Of a stretch of DNA of 64,000 bases, positions 23,820-36,914 are shown in pieces; positions within the stretch are counted from its first letter, which is position 1, and every line of letters starts with the position of its first letter. The notes under the pieces were generated by a model. It saw only the letters and a program-made list of their open reading frames with translations, made no database searches and was not told the DNA's origin. The position numbers and the translations under genes were made by a program. The stretch lies in assembly GCA_030390025.1 (NCBI GenBank), contig CM059425.1, positions 163,558,001 through 163,622,000 of the forward strand, written 5' to 3'. The DNA is from Squalus acanthias (taxonomy: Eukaryota).

Positions 23820-26200
23820 CAACAACTTGTATTTATATAGCGCCTTTAAAGTAGTAAAACGTCCCAAGGCGCTTCTCAAGAGTGTTATAAAACAAAATTT
23901 GACACCGAGCCACATAGAGAAATTAGGGCAGATGATCAAAAGCTTGGTCAAAGAGGTAGGTTTTAAGGAGCGTCTTAAAAAGAGGAAAGAGAGGTGGCGA
24001 GGTTTAGGGAGAGAATTCCAGAGCTTAGGGCCTCGGCAGCTGAAGGAACGGCCACCAATGGTTGAACGATTAAAATCAGGGATACTGAAGAGGCCAGAAT
24101 TAGAGGAGCGCAGGTATCTCGGGGCGTTGTGGGGCTGAGGAGATTGCAGAGATAGGGAGGGGCGAGGCCATGGAGGGATTTGAAAACAAGGATGAGAATT
24201 TTAAAAATCGAGGCGTTGCTTAACCAGGAGCGAATGTAGGTCAGTGAGCACAGGGGTGATGGGTGAACAGGACTTGGTACGAGTTAGACATGTTGCGAAC
24301 AGTCTGGTTCAGCCACAGACAGATACTAGGGGGAGAGATGGAGTTGATGGCTAGGGAACGGAGTTTGTGGCAGGGACCGAAGACAATGGCTTCGATCTTC
24401 CCAATATTTAATTGGAGGAAATTTCTGCTCATCCAGTACTGGATGTTGGACAAGCAGTCTGACGATTTAGAGACAGCGGAGTGGCCAAGAGAAGTGGTGG
24501 TGAGGTAGAGCTGGGTGTCGTCAGCATACATGTGGAAACTGACGCTGCATTTTTGGATGATGTTGCAGAGGGACAGCATGTAGATGAGAAATAGGAGGGG
24601 GCCAAGGATAGATCCTTGGGAGACACCAAGGTAATGATACGGGAGCAAGAAGAGAAGCCATTGCAGGTGATTCTTTGGCTACGATTAGATAGATAAGAAT
24701 GGAACCAAGCGAGTGCAGTTCCACCCAGCTGGATGACGGTGGAGAGGCGTTGGAGGAGGATGGAGTGGTCAGCCATGTCAAAAGTTGCAGACAGGTCGAG
24801 AAGGACGAGGAGAGATAGTTCACCTTTGTCACAGTCACAAAGGATGTCATTTGTGACTTTGATGAGAGCCGTTTCAGTACTGTGGCAGGGGCGGACACCT
24901 GATTCGAGGGATTCAAACATGGGCATGGATTTGGAGGCGACAGCACATTCAAGGCCTTTGGCGAGGAAAGGGAGGTTGGAGATGGGGCGGTAGTTTGCAA
25001 GGACGGAGGGGTCAAGGGTTGATTTTTCTTGAGGAGAGGGGTGATGACGGCAGATCTGAAGGAGAGGGGGACAGTACCTGAGGAGAGAGAACCATTAACA
25101 ATATCAGCTAACATGGGGGCCAGAAAAGGAAGTTGGGTGGTCAGCAGTTTAGTGGGATAGCGTCAAGGGAGCAGGAAGTGGGTCTCACGGACAAGATAAG
25201 CTCAGAGAGGTCATGAAGGGAGATCAGAGAGAAACTGGAGAAAGATGTGAGTTCAGGGACAGGGCAGGGGGGAACCTTAGAGGAAGTTTGGCCCGGTGGA
25301 CTCGGGGAAGGAAGGGAAGTGGCAGAGGCAGCCGAGACCATGAAAAGAAGTCCATGAGCTCCTAGCATTTGTTGTTGGAGGAGACAGGGGAGAGGTGTTT
25401 AAGAAGATGGTTTGGCCGGGGGATGTAGGTTGAGAGCGATACAAGGAAGTGGTCAGAGATGGCCTTATCTGCGATTGACATGATGGGAGTAGCGAGGCCA
25501 CGAGAGATGGCAAGGTCCAGGGGGTGACCGTGAATATGGGTTGGGGAGTTTACATGGAGGGAGAGATTAAGGGAGGATAGGAGGCTAGTGAACTCAGGAG
25601 AGAGAGCATGATGAATTGAGACGGAGGTTGAAATCACCGAGGATGAGAAGTCATTCAGGGCAGAGGGTGAGAGAGGAGAATAGTGAAGATATCTCGCTGA
25701 TAACATTTTTATGGTACTTGGGTGGGCGGTAGAGAACGAGAATTTTTAAATGAGTTCAGGGGGGGGAACAAGGCGAGATGCTCAAAGGAGGAGAAAGTGC
25801 CAGAGGAGTAGGGGGACAGACCGAGGTAGGATTTGGTGATGAGAGCCACACCGCCACCACAGCGGTCTGTGGTGGAAGGTACAGGCAGGTGGGGAGGCTT
25901 CATTTAGGGGTAAGGTGTCATCACCCCTCAGCCAGGTTTTCATCAGGGCCATGATGTCGATGCAGTCATTCACGATAAGCTCAGGGTTAGCAAGGGCCTT
26001 GTTCACAAGTGAACGGACATTCTGGAGGGAGATGCGGAGAGGGTCGGTGATGGCTGATCCACTGCAAGAGTCCATAGGGTCAGCGCTGGGAGGGGCTGAG
26101 TTGGACGGCAAGGAAATTGGCAGGATTTGCCCTCAGTTGGCACGCTGGGCGGGAAAGTCGGCGAGGGAGTAGGATGGGACAGTTGGGGTTGCTGCTTGTG
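23820..26200 (-). mobile_element. L2-clade LINE ORF2 (EN + RT), degenerate
   Basis: 'SLQNVRSLVNK', 'HSTETALIKVTND...LLDLSATFD..DH', '[13 protein letters not shown]...YADDTQLY'; 3' tail on the minus strand near 23820. Confidence 0.92.
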
Positions 26201-27085
26201 AGGAGGCAGCGATGAGTGCCTCAATGGGCCCTTTGGAGGATGCCAAGAGAGGCACTGGAAGCTGTAGGCTTATCCAAGAGGGAGTCAAGCCTGGAATGAC
26301 GGCAGGAGAGTAGGAAGGTCTAAGACTAATGAAGGGTTGGGGTGGGGTTTTGGGAGGGCAGAGTATCAGAGAGTAGGGATGAAAGCAGGCATGACGACAG
26401 GAGAGCGGTCAAGGAGGGAGAGAGAAAAGGAAAAGGGGGGAGAAAAATGTGGAAATAGAAATGAACGGCTCAGGTTCGGAGTGGCAGCCAAAATATGCAC
26501 GCTAATGGACACAGGGAAGAACTCAAGTTACATAGGCCTAGTTATGTACCAATTATTGGGATACATATTTCCTGGTAGCAACAGGGAATAGGTAGGAGAC
26601 AACAGTGCGGAGTCCAGAGTTAAAGTCAGAGGTCCCGTGGAGGGATAAAGTTGACGTAGGTAGGGTGGAGTCGGCATGGAGCGTTGACTAACTGTTGTCC
26701 AAGTTCGGAGACAGGTGTAGCGGACGAGTGAAATCCAGAAGCTATTTGAAGGGTAGATAATTGGAGGATGGAGGTTATTCCGTGGGAATGAGAATCCAGG
26801 AGATTTGTAGAATTGATTGCAGTGCAGAAAGATGATGGCGAAGTTGACGCAAAGTTGGAAGTCACTGTAGATCAGGAGCGTCGAAGAAATGTAACCCACT
26901 AGCCGGCAAACAACAAAGCTGAAAAAACAGTAGAACGAGCCGCCCAGCTCAGCAGAGAAACATCAGCAATGGGGTGGGGGAGGAAAGAGAAAGGATCATA
27001 GATCGCCAAAGTTACTAACATTTTTTAGCAGCAGGATCAGAGACATAGCAGATGAGACTTGCAGTGTAATCCAGTGCAGGAGCAT

Positions 27086-27220
27086 AGTTCTGACGAAGGG
27101 TCATCGACCTGAAACATTAACTCTGTTTCTCTCTCCACAGATGCTGCCTGACCTGCTGAGTATTTCCAGCATTTTCTGTTTTTATTTCAGATTTCCAGCA
27201 TCCGCAGTATTTTTCTTTTG
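27086..27220 (+). repeat. Solo family A pLTR beginning with a hammerhead motif (27086-27122)
   Basis: AGTT-CTGACGA-A-GGGTC(ATC)GACCT-GAAACATT-AACT, then the standard pLTR sequence. Confidence 0.75.
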
Positions 27221-28976
27221 CATAGTCTTGATGTCCAGAGAAGTCCAGGAATTCGGAAACCAAAATTTAAGAGATTCAGCAGCTCAGTGAGAGAAGCAGA
27301 GTGCAGACATGGGGCGGGGGGTGGGTTCGTACAATTAGAAGTCATAATGGGAGACTGGAGCTGCTTTTATATTGCACTGAATGGAGTTTTTAAAGGCCCA
27401 ATGGCTGTGGGAAAATGAGTCTCATCAGTGGGAACCCCAATGCAAACTGTCTGGATTTGCTAAGGCAGCTACCTGAAAGACCCAGTAAAAACAATGGCCT
27501 GATTTACCTCTAACACTGAGATTGGCAATGCACCCTGTAAAATTTGGAGTCTAGTGCACCAATCTCACCGTTGATAAGTTTCCTGCATTTCTAATTAGAA
27601 TTTGCCACAGCGAGCATAGCAGCAAATCAGAAGCAACTGGCCATTGTACTTTCCGTCACTCTATAGATAATTCCTGATACCTTAATTTAAAACTGTCCTG
27701 CCGATGCTTGGTTTTGTCTGCCATGGAGTAAACATTTGTATACATATCGATATGCAATTGTTGAATTGTCTCATTAGGCATTTATTTATTCATTCTTGAG
27801 ACACCTTTTAGCTAAACAAATATGAAGTAGAAAATTAGCGACAAATGCTAAAGAAAATTTTGTTAAAAAAATTGTTTTATTGACAATGTTTAAGAATCTT
27901 TCAAAAAGTCCCAATCAGCAAACACAGCAATGTGAATAATTTAGAGAATGCATCTAAAGTCAATTATTTACACCACTGCCAGGTCTCCAGTGTCATTATT
28001 TTTAAGTCTAAGTGGCATGAAAACGGACTCAAATGCAGGGAAATTGTGATCACCATTGATTTTAATGGAAGGTGGAGCCTCCATTAAACAGTTTTCAGCG
28101 AGGTAACAGCGGACCACAAAAGTTCCAGGAAAATATGGAGCGGCATAATTAATGGTGCAAGTCACTTCCTCTATCATTTCCTCTTTCTTTTGTGCCATTC
28201 AAGAGTCCCTCCGCCATAGATGGCACAAGCCTCCAAGGAAATCTGGGCCAAATTAAAAGCAGCTTTAATGTACTTGGGGATGAGTATTGATGGGCAAAAT
28301 GGTCTTTTCTGATGTTCTAATTGACATTAGTGATTAGAATCATAATGCAATTCTGCAATCTTCCAACTAACAGAATTTTCAAACAAGTGTTTTGAATTAG
28401 AATATCACTTCCACTACCTTGTTAGGCCCACCACTATTACAACAGTCAGAATGAGCAGACTGCAGCTTTATATTCCAAGCAAACTGTAGCCAGGGCCCAT
28501 TTCAGGAGAGGCTATCCCATGGCTCATGAGCTATCTGTAGCTCTTCGATTTCTAAAGGCCAATTCTATCAATTACAGATCCAGTCCTTCTTGCCACCTTC
28601 AACAGTGGCACTCCTGAACATAAATGAACACTGGAAGTGGCTGTCACATACAATTTCATTATCTGCCTTTTCAGATTTGAAAGGTTGGCCACCGCTGACC
28701 TAATTTATAGGCTGCCAATTGAGTGTAACAGACACAATAGGGCCAGTTTTATGAATGCACACTTCTGGCTCAGAGCCTCGCCAGTCAGGAGTACATACTG
28801 GGAAAATAGCAAATGTGCTTTGGGTAGCTTGTGCATAAATTCCTGATGCATACTCCCAGGAGGAAAGGCTTTGTGATGGAAGGGCAATTTCATAAAATTG
28901 GTCCTAATGTGAATGTCAGTCCAACTGATCTGCAGCAAGATGAAACCAAATGCATTAACATGCATACATGAAATAT

Positions 28977-29733
28977 TGGCCCAGAAATTAGGCTCCCTGG
29001 CTTCCTGCGGGTGCAATGATCGCGCGCGCACCTACCTACCGCACCTGCCGTTGACCTCTGGGCCCACGGGGACTTCAGCTCCTGGGCCTCCTGCAGCTGC
29101 CGCCGCGCAGTGCTTGTGTATCCCAGGGGCGTAGTTAGTGCAATGCGTCCCCTGGGATCACGTGGGCCATGGAGAGCCAATGGCAGCAGACCATCTTTCA
29201 TTCATAGATTTGACAGGAAGACCTGTCAAATCTATGAATTGAAATCGGCCCCAAAACACCTAAACTTCAAATAAATTTTTTTTTTCAAAATCACATTTTT
29301 AAAATAACTATAAGTTAAATAAATTAACTACTTTAAACAAAAATTTAAATTTGACAAAATTAAAATACTTTTTAACAGTGCTAAAAATAAACTTACCTTT
29401 CTTTAAAGTATCTAAAAAAGATAAAGCAGTTGAAAAAAATTTTAAATTGTAATTAATTAACCACTTACCTTGTTAAAAACAGGTCTTGCGCCTCCTTTTT
29501 AAAAGCGCAGTTTCTTCAATACTTACCTTCCCAGAGAAACCTGAAAAAAAACCTAAGTTCGCTGCGTGCGCGCAGCCTCGCACGCGGTTCACCTCTGAAC
29601 CACTCCCTTCACGAAACCGGAAGTTCCGGTTTCCCGCGCATGCGCAGTGCATGCAGGAAACCGGCACTTCAGGAGGCCTTACGGGTGAGTATACAGCGCG
29701 TACTCACCCGGCAAGTGCCTAATTTCTGGCCCA
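28977..29733. mobile_element. Non-autonomous TIR DNA transposon (MITE) with several internal hairpins
   Basis: TIR 'ggcccagaaattagg' ... 'cctaatttctggccc'; hairpins at 29200-29239, ~29620-29670 and 29681-29710. Confidence 0.7.
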
Positions 29734-30430
29734 TTAAGTATACAGGTAAGAGTGATCTGTGATCTGTATGATCCCAGTTCTTCAGTGCATTCAGCTCCTT
29801 CATGTTGTGATGAGCACCTCCAGAGGATAAGTAGAAGCCAAATAGTTGGAAAGATATTAGGTTTTGGTATGAAATGAACTCAGTTGTCTATGTAAGTTAC
29901 ACCACTTTCTGCTGCTCAAAATGCAGGCGAATGCCACTTCACCCAATTCAAAGCAGAATTTTTATTTTATATCAGTCTTACTATCCTCAGCTTTTTAGGG
30001 GATAGGGGATAGATAAGCACTTGAATGCAACACTCTATGCTTCTTACTGATATTCTCCCTCCTGACTCCTTGCTGAGGTACAATTCCATAGCCACCTTTT
30101 GGTACTTTACCCACATTATTCACAATTGACAAAATGTTAGCTTCCTATTGGACCACAGCCATACCAAATCTATCATCACATGCACTTCTAGCAGGGTCGC
30201 TGGACAGCAATCAGTTTGGCAACCCTGGCCGATTTTCCCTTCCCAGGTGCAGAGGTCAGTTCTACTGCCATCCATCGGACATTAGCTAACTCAGTACATA
30301 TTGGGGGATTAAACTGGGGATCTCCTCAGCTTCAGTGAATTTGGTTCAGTTGGTACCACAGTTCATGCCACCACCCCACCTCCAAAATCTTGAATGCATA
30401 ATCTAGGCTGACACGCCAGTATTATTCTAC

Positions 30431-31611
30431 ATTGAGAGGTCGCACAACACCAGGTTATAGTCCAACAGTTTTATTTGAAATCACAAGCTTTCGGAGTTAC
30501 AACTCCTTCGTCGGGTGAAGTAAGGAGATACAGAATCGTCAAAGCATATATAGATAGAGAACAGTGCATGTGTAACTTACAATTGCAGACAACTAAATTC
30601 AATCATCCTGACTGTTTATCTGCCGAGGTGTGATAAAGTTAATCAGGTCAGCCAGGAAGGTACCACATCAAAGACATAGCAAGATACAACTGAGACAATG
30701 AGGTGGAGTCGCATGGGGTCTAACGTGTCAAACGCTGCCGTCTGTATGTAAAACGATTAACTTTAAAATTTTTACTTTTTTACTGGGAATCACATCTGTG
30801 AACAAGCCAACGACGACTCGAGTCCGGATCACGTCATGTATCGTGACATAAACCCAAGATCCCGGTTGAGACCGTCTTCATGAGTGCGGAACTTGGCTAT
30901 CAGTTTCTGCTCGATGATTTTGCGTTGTCGTGTTTTCCTAAGGCCGCCTTGGAGAACGCTTACCCGCAGATCCGAGGCTGAATGTCCTTGACTGCTGAAG
31001 TGTTCCGCGACTGGGAGGTAACAATCCTGCCTGGCGATTGTTGCGCGGTGCTCGTTCATACGTTGTCTCAGTGTCTGCATGGTCTCGCCGATGTACCATG
31101 CCGCGGTGCATTCTTTCCTGCAACGTATGAGGTAGACAACGTTGGCCGAGTCACACGATACATGACGTGATCCGGACTCGAGTCGTCGTTGGCTTGTTCA
31201 CAGATGTGATTCCCAGTAAAAAAGTAAAAATTTTAAAGTTAATCGTTTTACATACAGACGGCAGCTTTTGACACGTTAGACCCCATGCGACTCCACCTCA
31301 TTGTCTCAGTTGTATCTTGCTATGTCTTTGAAGTGGTACCTTCCTGGCTGACCTGATTAACTTTATCACACCTCGGCAGATAAACAGTCAGGATGATTGA
31401 ATTTAGTTGTCTGCAATTGTAAGTTACACATGCATTGTTCTCTATCTATATATGCTTTGACGATTCTGTATCTCCTTACTTCACCCGACGAAGGAGTTGT
31501 AACTCCGAAAGCTTGTGATTTCAAATAAAACTGTTGGACTATAACCTGGTGTTGTGCGACCTCTCAATTTTGTCCACCCCAGTCCAACACCGGCATCTCC
31601 GCATCATGACC
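30431..31611 (-). mobile_element. Penelope-like element (family B): GIY-YIG C-terminal fragment between ~415-bp inverted repeats
   Basis: ORF 30829..31080 'LRQRMNEHR...PVAEHF...E..LIAKF...GLN'; arms 30431-30845 / 31154-31568; 12-bp TSD attattctacat at 30421-30432 and 31612-31623. Confidence 0.92.
31481..31518 (+). ncRNA. Hammerhead ribozyme motif with a U4C core variant (mirror copy on - strand near 30481-30518)
   Basis: UCAC-CCGACGA-A-GGAGUU(GU)AACUCC-GAAAG-CUU-GUGA. Confidence 0.65.
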
Positions 31612-31745
31612 ATTATTCTACATGAACAGGGACTGCACTTCAAAAGTACTTAATTGGCTATGAAGTGCTTTGGGACATCCTGAAAGGTACTATATAAATG
31701 CAAGTCTTTCTTACTGAGCAAGTGCTACATTTTTGAAGGTGCTGT

Positions 31746-32385
31746 CCAGATTTTGCTGAAAAAAAGTAACGGCATCTGAACGATGCACGCTGTTATTAAT
31801 GCGCGAAATCGGCTAGCAACTCATAGCAAGGAAGAGATACCCCATGAAATGCAAATCGCCACAAGTTGCTGGCTGGTTAGCTTTGCGAAAATGGCATTAC
31901 ACGCTTAATCTCCGTGATTTTCATGAAGCTGCTGCATTTGCACACTAATTGACCATTAAATTCGCCACAAAAACTTAAGTCTGGTGATTAACAGCACAAG
32001 TACTCTTAGAACAACTTGATAATTGTAACGGACTGACAATCAACCTCTCTTGCCCAGAAAGTGAACAATAAGTGTAGAGTCTCACTCCTTCAGGTTTGTC
32101 AAATTTTAATTTTTAAAAAACTTTTTCTGTGTCTTTTTTCCCCTCTCTCTTAATCCAATCTTTCTTTCCTGCTCTATTTCTGTACCCGATTTGACATCAC
32201 TCAAATTTACCCTCCTTAGTCCTTCCTGTTTATTTCTCAATCCTTAAATCTCATTGGTTAAGGAGATACTCTGTTTGTCCTGTTGTTCACCATGGTCCCA
32301 AATGCCCTATTGCCCTCGCACTTCCAACAAATTTTAGGCTAAACCTAAATGTGCACAAACAAGTCTAACCAACAGCAAAATCTGG
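31746..32385. mobile_element. MITE with perfect 13-bp TIR
   Basis: ccagattttgctg (31746-31758) ... cagcaaaatctgg (32373-32385). Confidence 0.65.
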
Positions 32386-32674
32386 CTCATTGACTTTCAA
32401 GCAAGCTGGAGATGGAGCAATAGTTTGAGGATGGAAAGATCCAGAATGACTATATACAGATTCTGTGGCACAGATACTGGAGCTTAAGTGACTTTAGGCA
32501 CTTAGCCAGCAACAAAGTAACCTTGCCAGATTTACCAAGGCTAATGGCCATGAAGAACAAGTTTTTAAAAGAATATGAAGCAGTTTCCTGTCCAGTTAGT
32601 TTCATTAAGTTGATTCACGGTACCCACGTTTGCTTTAACTTTTAGACCAGTTTGTGCCAATTTTGGAGCCATCA

Positions 32675-33510
32675 CATAGGATATACAGCACAAACAGGCC
32701 GTTCGGCCCAACCAGTCCATGCCGGCATTTATGCTCCACACGAGCCTCCTCCAGTCTTTCCTCATCTAACTATCAGCATAACCCTCTATTCCCTTCTCCC
32801 TCATATGCTTGTCCAGCCTCCCCTTAAATGTATCCATACTATTCGCTTCAATCACTCCCTGTGGTAGCGAGTTCCACATTCTCACCACTCTCTGTGTAAA
32901 GAAGTTTCTTCTGAATTCCCTATTTGATTCTTGGTGACTATCTTATATTCATGGCCTCTAGTTTTGCTCTTCCCCACTAGTGGCAACACTCTCTCTGTAT
33001 CTCCTCTATCAAAACCTTTCATAATTTTAAAGACCTCTAGGAGGTCACCGCTCAGCCTTCTCTTTTCAAGAGAAAAAGAGACCCAGCCTGTTCATCCTTT
33101 CCTGATGGGCATAACCTTGCATTTCTGCTGGCATCATACTTGTAAATCTTTTTTGCACCCTCTCCAGTGCCTCGTTATCCTTTTTATAATATGGTGACCA
33201 GAACTGTACACAGTACTTCAAGTGTGGTCTAACCAAGGTTTGATACTAGTTTAGCATAATTTCTCAATTCTATCCCTCTAGAAATAACCCCTAGTGCTTG
33301 GTTAGCTTTTTTTAAATGGCCTTATTAATGTCACTACTTTTAGTGATTTGTGTATTTGTACTCAGAGATCCCTTTGCTCTTCCACTCCATTTAGAGTCTT
33401 ATTTTCCAAGTAATATGTGACGACCTCATTTTTCTTACCAAAATGTAATACCTCACACCTATCTGTGCTGAAATTCATTTGCCAATTATGTGCCCATTCT
33501 GCACGTTTAC
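32675..33510 (-). mobile_element. CR1 3' fragment
   Basis: CR1 tail and reverse 'RPHL.YCVQFWSP' / 'FFTQRVVRMWNSLP'. Confidence 0.8.
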
Positions 33511-33561
33511 CAGTGTGTCATCTGCCAGCAGCCATGGACTGTCATCAGAGACACAGAAACA

Positions 33562-36500
33562 GGGAACGGTAGCATAGTGGTAATGTCACTGGGCTAGTAA
33601 TCTCAGAGACACGAGTTCAAATCCCACCACGGCAGCTGGGGAATTTAAATTCAGTTAATTCAATTTTTTTTTTTAATCTGGAATAATTACTAGTATCAGT
33701 AAAGGTAACCATGAAACTATCAGATTGTCGTAAAAACCCATCTGGTTCACTAATGTCCTTTAGGGAAGGAAATCTGCTGTCCTTAGCTGGTCTGGCTTAT
33801 ATGTGACTCCAAACCCACAGCGATGTGGTTGACTCTTAACTGCCCTCTGAAATGGCCTAGCCAGCCACTCAGTTGTAACAAACCACTACGAAACACAATA
33901 ATAAGAATGCAACCCAGCATCGACCTCAGCACCGGCTACGGACATGGCAATGGCACACCCAGCCCAGTTGACCCTGCAAAGTCCTCCTCACCAACATCTG
34001 GGGACTTGTGCCAAAATTGGGAGAGCTGTCCCACAGACTAGTCAAGCAACAGCCTGACATAGTCATACTCACAGAATCATACCTTTCAGCCAATGTCCCA
34101 AACTCCTCCATCACCATTCTGGGAATGTCCTGTCCCACGGGCAGGACAGACCCACCAGGGGTGGCGGCACACTGGTATACAGTCGGGAAGGAGTGGCCCT
34201 GGGAGTCCTCAACATTGACTCCGGACCCCATGAAATCTCATGGCTCCAGGTCAAACATGGGCAAGGAAACCTCCTGCTGATTACCATCTACTGCCCTCCC
34301 TCAGCTGATGAATCAGTACTCCTCCATGTTGAACACCACTTGGAAGAAGCACTGAGAGTAGCAAGGGAACAGAATGTACTCTGGGTGGAGGACTTCAATG
34401 TCCATCACCAAGAGTGGCTCGGTAGCACCACTACTGACCGAGCTGGCTGAGTCCTGAAGGATATAGCTGCCAGTCTAGGCCTGCGACAGGTGGTGAGAGA
34501 ACCAACACGAGGGAAAAACCTACTTGACCTCGTCCTCACCAACCTACCTGTTGCAGATACATCTGTCCATGATAGCATTGGTAGCAGTGACCACCGCACA
34601 GTCACTGCGGAGACGAAATCCCATCTTCACACTGAGGACACCCTCCATCATGTGTGGCACTACCACCGTGCTAAATGGGATAGATTCAGAACAGATCTAG
34701 CAGCTCAAAACTGGGCATTCATGAGGCGCTGTGGGCCATCAGCAGCAGCAGAATTGTATTCCACCACAATCTGTAACCTCACGGCCTGGTATATCCCTCA
34801 CTCTACCATTACCATCAAGCCAGGGGACCAATCCTGGTTCAATAAGGAGTGTAGAAGAGCATGCCAGGAGCAGCACCAGGCGTATCTAAAAATGAGGTGC
34901 CAAGCTGGGGAAACTGCAGCACAGGACTACATGCATGCTTAAAAAGTGGAAGCAGCATGCTATAGACAGGGCTAAGTGCTCCCACAATCAACGGATCAGA
35001 TCAAAGCTCTGCAGTCTGCCACATCCAGTCGTGAATGGTGGTGGACCATTAAACAACTAACGGGAGGAGGAGGCTCCATGAATATCCCCATCCTCAATGA
35101 TGGCGGAGCCCAGCACGTGAGTGCAAAAGACAAGGCTGAAGCGTTTGCAACCATCTTCAGCCAGAAGTGCCGAGTGGATGATCCATATCGCCCTACTCCT
35201 GAGGTCCCCACCATCACAGAAGCCAGTCCTCAGCCAATTCGATTCACTCCACGTGATATCAAGAAACGGCTGAGCGCACTAGATACAGCAAAGGCTATGG
35301 GCCCCAACAACATCCCGGCTATCGTGCTGAAGACTTATGCTCCAGAACTAACCACGCCTGTAGCCAAGCTGTTCCAGTACAGCTACAACACTGGCATCTA
35401 TCCGACAATGTGGAAAACTGCCCAGGTATGTCCTGTCCACAAAAAGAACAAATCCAACCCGGCCAATTACCGCCCCATCAGTCTACTCTCAAGCATCAGC
35501 AAAGTGATGGAAGGTGTCATCGCCAGTGCTATCAAGCGGCACTTACTCACCAATAACCTGTTCACTGATGCCCAGTTTGGGTTCCGCCAAGACCACTCGG
35601 CTCCTGACCTCATTACAGCCTTAGTCCAAACATGGAAAAGGAGCTGAATTCCAGAGGTGAGGTGAGAGTGATTGCCCTTGATATCAAGGCAGAATTTGGC
35701 CAAGTATGGCATCAAGGAGCCCTAGTAAAACTGAAGTCAATGGGAATCAGGGGGAAAACGCTCCACTGGTTGGAGTCATACCTAGCACAAAGGAAGATGG
35801 TTGTGGTGGTTGAAGGTCAATCATCACAGCCCCAGGACATTACTGCAGGAGTTCCTCGGGGCAGTGTCCTAGGCTCGAACTATCTTCAGCTGCTTCATCA
35901 ATGACCTTCCCTCCAACATAAGGTCAGAAATGGAGATGTTCGCTGATGACTGCACAGTGTTCAGTGCCATTCACAACTCCTCAGATAATGTAGCAGTCCA
36001 TGCCCGCATGCAACAAGACCTGGACAATGTTCAGGCTTGGGCTGATAAGTGGCAGGTAACATTCACGCCACAGAAGTGATAGGCAATGACTATCTCCAAC
36101 AAGCGAGAGCCTAACCACCTCCCTTGACATTCAACGGCATTACCATCGCCGAATCCCCCACCATCAACATCCTGGGGGTCACCATTGACCAGAAACTTAA
36201 CCGGACCAGCCACAAATACTGTGGCAACAAGAGCAGGTCAGAAGCTAGGTATTCTGCAGCGAGTGTCTCACCTCCTGACTCCCAAAGCCTTTCCACCATC
36301 TACAAGGCACAAGTAAGGAGTGTGATGGAATACTCTCCACTTGCCTGGATGAGTGCAGCTCCAACAACACTCAAGAAGCTTGACACCATCCAGGACAAAG
36401 CAGCCCGCTTGATTGGTACCCCATCCACCACCTTAAACATTCACTCCCTCCACCACCGGCATACCGTGGCTGCAGTGTCTACCATCTACAAGATGCACTG

Positions 36501-36829
36501 CAGCAACTCACCAAGGCTTCTTCGACAGCACCTCCCAAACCCGCAACCTATTCCTCCTAGAAGTACAAGGGCAGCAGGCGCATGGGAACTCCACCACCTC
36601 CAAGTCACACACTATCCTGACTTAGAAGTATATTGCTGATCCTTCATTGTCGCTGGGTCAAAATCCTGGAACTCCCTCCCTAACAGCACTGTGGGAGTAC
36701 CTTCACCACCTGGACTGCAGCAGTTCAAGAAGGCGGCTCACCACCACCTTCTCGAGGGTAATTAGGGATGGGCAATAAATGTTGGCCTTGCCAGCGATGC
36801 CCACATCCCATAAACAAATTGAAAAAAAA
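33562..36829 (+). mobile_element. CR1/L2-group LINE with tRNA-derived 5' head, EN+RT ORF2 (disrupted), no evident ORF1
   Basis: Box A tagcatagtgg and box B gttcaaatcc at the 5' end; EN 'PDIVILTESYL', 'DFNVHH', 'LLDLVLTN', 'SDH'; RT 'NYRPISLLS', 'QFGFR', 'FADD'; A-rich tail. Confidence 0.88.
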
Positions 36830-36914
36830 TATCCAGAGCAATAAAACATACAGACTTGTTTAAAGCACAGTATGTAGCTCATCTAACAGTTAAATATAAC
36901 GTGTTGCACTGGTT

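Larger units (their letters stand above)
30335..31712 (+). mobile_element. DeuSINE-like (SacSINE1-type) SINE remnant split by the Penelope insertion
   Basis: Head 'tcagttggtac...atctaggctgacac' before the insert and tail 'cacttcaaaagtacttaattggc...tatataaatgcaagtctttc' after it; same family as 60675-61125. Confidence 0.6.

Noticed and set aside
33562..33640. tRNA-like sequences here and at 58522, 61050-61125 and 62470-62540
   Set aside because: Retroposon heads with A/B boxes; no complete cloverleaf could be drawn
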